Positions 61,365 to 64,000 of a stretch of 64,000 nt of DNA are shown here, piece by piece. Location of the stretch: assembly GCA_002170535.1 (NCBI GenBank), contig NHDW01000004.1:250190-314189 (forward strand), read 5' to 3'. Under the pieces are notes generated by a model. It saw only the letters and a program-made list of their open reading frames with translations, was not told the origin of the DNA and did no database searches. The stretch is from Methylococcaceae bacterium TMED69 (GTDB lineage: Bacteria > Pseudomonadota > Gammaproteobacteria > Ga0077536). Numbering within the stretch: the first letter of the stretch is position 1; each line of letters starts with the position of its first letter. The position numbers were made by a program, and so were the translations under genes.

Positions 61365-62314
61365 ATGGATAATTCTTTAATTCGAGTATCAATTGGAATT
61401 CTTAGAATTGGAGATACTGTTTTGATTTCTCAATCAAAAAAAAAATTGCGGGAAAAATAATCTGGGAGTTTCCGGGGGGTAAATGTGAAAAAGATGAAAC
61501 CTCTGAGCAGACTTTACACCGTGAACTCAAGGAGGAATTGGATATTGAGGTGCAAAAAGCGCTACTCATAAAAAGATTTACAACTAATCTGAACGGTTTA
61601 AACTATGATCTAATGGTTTTCTCGGTAGTTAAATGGGTAGGTAAATGTACTGGATTAGAAGGTCAAATTTTGAAATGGGTTTCGATGTCGAAGCTATGTA
61701 ATTTTAATATGCATGAGCCAAATAAAAATATCATCGCTTCTCTAATGTTACCAGATAAAATAATGATTACTCCTTATCTTGATCGGGATTATGACTTTTT
61801 TTTAGAAAAGTTAGACTTATTGAAATTTTATGATATCGAACTGCTGCAATTAAGATTGACTAATAATGAATCCATTAACAAACTAATTAGTAAAGAGATA
61901 AAAAACAATTTTTACAATAAAGTTAAAATCATGATCAATAGCAGTATGAGTGAATTTGATGCAAATTATTTTGATGGGATTCATCTTCCTTTTAACGAGG
62001 CTAAAAAGCTAACTGCAAGGCCAGTAAAAAAAACGTATTTATTTAGTGTGTCCTGTCATAGTCAAGAGGAAATTGAACACGCCAATTTGATTGATGCAGA
62101 TTTCGTGTATCTATCACCAATAAAGAAGACAAAGTCACATCCAAATTCAGATTTCCTAGGTTGGCTTGAGGGCGAAAAAATCGCAGTTACTAGCAAGAAA
62201 CCAGTTTATGCTTTGGGAGGGATGTCCATTGATGATGTGCCTAGCGCAAAAGAAAAAGGTTTTCAAGGAATAGCAGGAATAACAACTTTTTGGGATGTTG
62301 GCTCCAATATCTAG
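61365..62314 (+). pseudogene. mutT: MutT/Nudix hydrolase fused to a thiamine-phosphate-synthase-like domain, frameshifted at an A10 run (real or assembly error)
   Basis: SD GGAGG 61356-61360, ATG 61365 MDNSLIRVSIGILRIGDTVLISQSKKKLREK stops at 61458-61460. The -1 frame carries WEFPGGKCEKDETSEQTLHRELKEELDI (Nudix box) and continues into QLR, GIHL, SCHS, SPI..T.SHP, YALGG. One extra A in 61436-61445 restores a single ORF; canonical argJ-mutT synteny. Confidence 0.85.
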
Positions 62315-62320
62315 TCCGTT

Positions 62321-62923
62321 TTATCTTTCAAATAATCTGATAAATTTTTCATGTAACTTTCCGATATCTCTATTTAATTCTGAAAAGCTATCATTATTTT
62401 GTATTATGTCGGTTGCCATTTCTTTGAGCTCAATTCGACTCGGCTGACTTTTTATAATTTTTTTAACAAGTGGTAATTCCAGTTTGTCTCTAAGAACAGT
62501 GCGCTCAATTCTAATGGACTCCTTGCAATCAATAAACAATACTCGATCGACTAGGGACATTATTGTCGATTCTTTTCTCAAAATTGGAACTGCTATCAAA
62601 CAGTAATGAGAAGTAATCATACGTATCTTTTCTTTAACCAAACGATTGACTATAGGATGAATAATTTTTTCAAGAGTCTTTCTTTTATCTTTATCAAAAA
62701 AAATTATTTTCTTCAACTTCAGTCTATCTAATTCGTCCTTATCATTTAAAATATCTGAGCCAAACCGGCTGATTACTTGTGTTAACCCGCTGCTGCCTTT
62801 GGTAACGGCCTGGCGTGCTAATAGATCAGTGTCTATGGTAGGGATCCCAAAATTTTTTAAAAAAATATTTGAAACAGTGGTTTTTCCGCATCCTATCCCA
62901 CCTGTTAAAGCAATATTTTTCAT
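62321..62923 (-). CDS. coaE: Dephospho-CoA kinase
   Basis: LTGGIGCGKT, DTD.LAR, LDR..L..IIF, IIHP.V. Confidence 0.95.
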   Translation of the reverse strand: MKNIALTGGIGCGKTTVSNIFLKNFGIPTIDTDLLARQAVTKGSSGLTQVISRFGSDILNDKDELDRLKLKKIIFFDKDKRKTLEKIIHPIVNRLVKEKIRMITSHYCLIAVPILRKESTIMSLVDRVLFIDCKESIRIERTVLRDKLELPLVKKIIKSQPSRIELKEMATDIIQNNDSFSELNRDIGKLHEKFIRLFER

Positions 62924-63843
62924 AATAAGAATTCTTTTATCATTACGAAGTGAGTTCCAAGTATCAAGAATGGACCAAATGCAATTGTCTGTTTATAAGA
63001 ATGCTTATTTAGAGATATCATTAATCCACTTGTCAAAAGCCCTAAAAGCGAGGCTATAAGAAGGACATCCATTATATTTGAAATTCCTACCCACGCACCT
63101 AAAGCTCCAGTAAGCTTAATGTCTCCCCGTCCCAACCCTTCTTTGCCTGAGAAAAACTTATATAACCAAAAAAGAATCCATAAGACAAGAAATCCAATTA
63201 ACCCGCCAAAAATTGACTCATTAATTTCAATATGGCTCGGCTCAAAAGTACAAAAAATAATTCCCAAGAATCCTAGAGGGAAGGTAAGAGCATCTGGTAG
63301 AAGTTTAAATCTACAGTCTATAACAAACATAGCTATTGAGAATAAGAATAATATATTAAAAAAAACTAGATTTAAGATCAGACGTGAGTTAGCGAAATCA
63401 TAGTCGAGTACTATTAGGTACGCGAGCCCCATACTTCCCATCATTGAAATAAACTCAACCGCTGGATAAGTAACCCCTATTGAAGATGAGCATGTTCTGC
63501 ATTTTCCTCTTAGGATCAAATAAGAGATTATAGGAATATTATCAAAGAAACGAATACTTGTTTTACACTTAGGGCAGTATGAGGAAGGAAAAAATACATT
63601 GTATTTTTGTGTGTCATTTGTTGACTTAATTAGGTTACGAATTTTTTTTCTTGCTTTTAGTGGTTCGATACTTCGTGCCAGTCTTATTGTTAGATGTGAT
63701 TTGAAATAATCAAAAATTGTTAAATCATATTCATGTATAATTATTTTCGGTATTCTATAGATAAGTACGTTGATGAAGCTTCCAAAAATAAGACCATAGA
63801 GACCAGAAAAAAATAGAAATTCGAATTTTGTTAAAAACAACAT
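62920..63843 (-). CDS. pilD: Prepilin peptidase / N-methyltransferase
   Basis: GSFINVLIYR.P, CPKC...CRTC, ID....LPD, GLGRGDIKL, FGPFL. Confidence 0.94.
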   Translation of the reverse strand: MLFLTKFEFLFFSGLYGLIFGSFINVLIYRIPKIIIHEYDLTIFDYFKSHLTIRLARSIEPLKARKKIRNLIKSTNDTQKYNVFFPSSYCPKCKTSIRFFDNIPIISYLILRGKCRTCSSSIGVTYPAVEFISMMGSMGLAYLIVLDYDFANSRLILNLVFFNILFLFSIAMFVIDCRFKLLPDALTFPLGFLGIIFCTFEPSHIEINESIFGGLIGFLVLWILFWLYKFFSGKEGLGRGDIKLTGALGAWVGISNIMDVLLIASLLGLLTSGLMISLNKHSYKQTIAFGPFLILGTHFVMIKEFLL

Positions 63844-63871
63844 CGTTTTTATAGATTATATTTATCGAAAT

Positions 63872-64000
63872 TTAAACTACTTGTCCCATTTTAAATATTG
63901 GTAGATACATTGCAATTACTAAACCGCCGATTATTACTCCCAATACAGACATAATTAATGGTTCAAGGAGGCTGGTTAGAGTATCCACAGCATCATCTAC
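63872..64000 (-). CDS. pilC: Type IV pilus inner-membrane platform protein PilC (3' end only)
   Basis: Hand translation VDDAVDTLTSLLEPLIMSVLGVIIGGLVIAMYLPIFKMGQVV*; pilC-pilD-coaE synteny. Confidence 0.92.
   Translation of the reverse strand, partial: VDDAVDTLTSLLEPLIMSVLGVIIGGLVIAMYLPIFKMGQVV

Noticed and set aside
61538-62314. Stand-alone 258-aa thiamine-phosphate-synthase-like gene
   Set aside because: The same frame extends upstream through a full Nudix box; it is the 3' part of the frameshifted mutT fusion, and the GGAGG is only 2 nt from the TTG

Overview
AT-rich (roughly mid/upper-30s % GC by eye, not computed), very gene-dense chromosomal segment of a gammaproteobacterium; gene order is Pseudomonas/Chromatiales-like but compacted, consistent with a streamlined genome. 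About 47 kb (17-64 kb) is core housekeeping: tRNA-Leu(CAA), queA-tgt-yajC-secDF, pdxB, purT, mlaC-bolA-murA-hisGDC, petABC-sspAB, dolP-gmhA-lpoA-rsmI, RNase P RNA, the complete dcw cluster (mraZ to lpxC), dciA, an M23 peptidase, secA, argJ, a frameshifted mutT-ThiE-like fusion, coaE, pilD and the 3' end of pilC. The first 17 kb is more accessory. It holds a tightly coupled minus-strand run (MoxR-VWA, a 58-aa membrane ORF missing from the ORF track, Na+/solute symporter, trpE, gshA, Tat-type 1-Cys msrB, an FAD oxidoreductase and a non-canonical glutamine-synthetase-like ligase cut by the window edge), then an M16C peptidase, an APH-family kinase and two convergent luciferase-like monooxygenases. 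I saw no CRISPR, prophage, IS, integrase or defence system. Best leads: (1) the GS-like ligase plus FAD oxidase pair as a gamma-glutamylation pathway for an unknown amine, (2) an A10 slippery tract interrupting mutT (assembly error or a mutator switch), (3) a TPR-less mini-LpoA, (4) gshA translationally coupled to an exported 1-Cys MsrB, (5) the orphan LLM pair. All functional calls come from motif recognition and synteny only; no searches were run.
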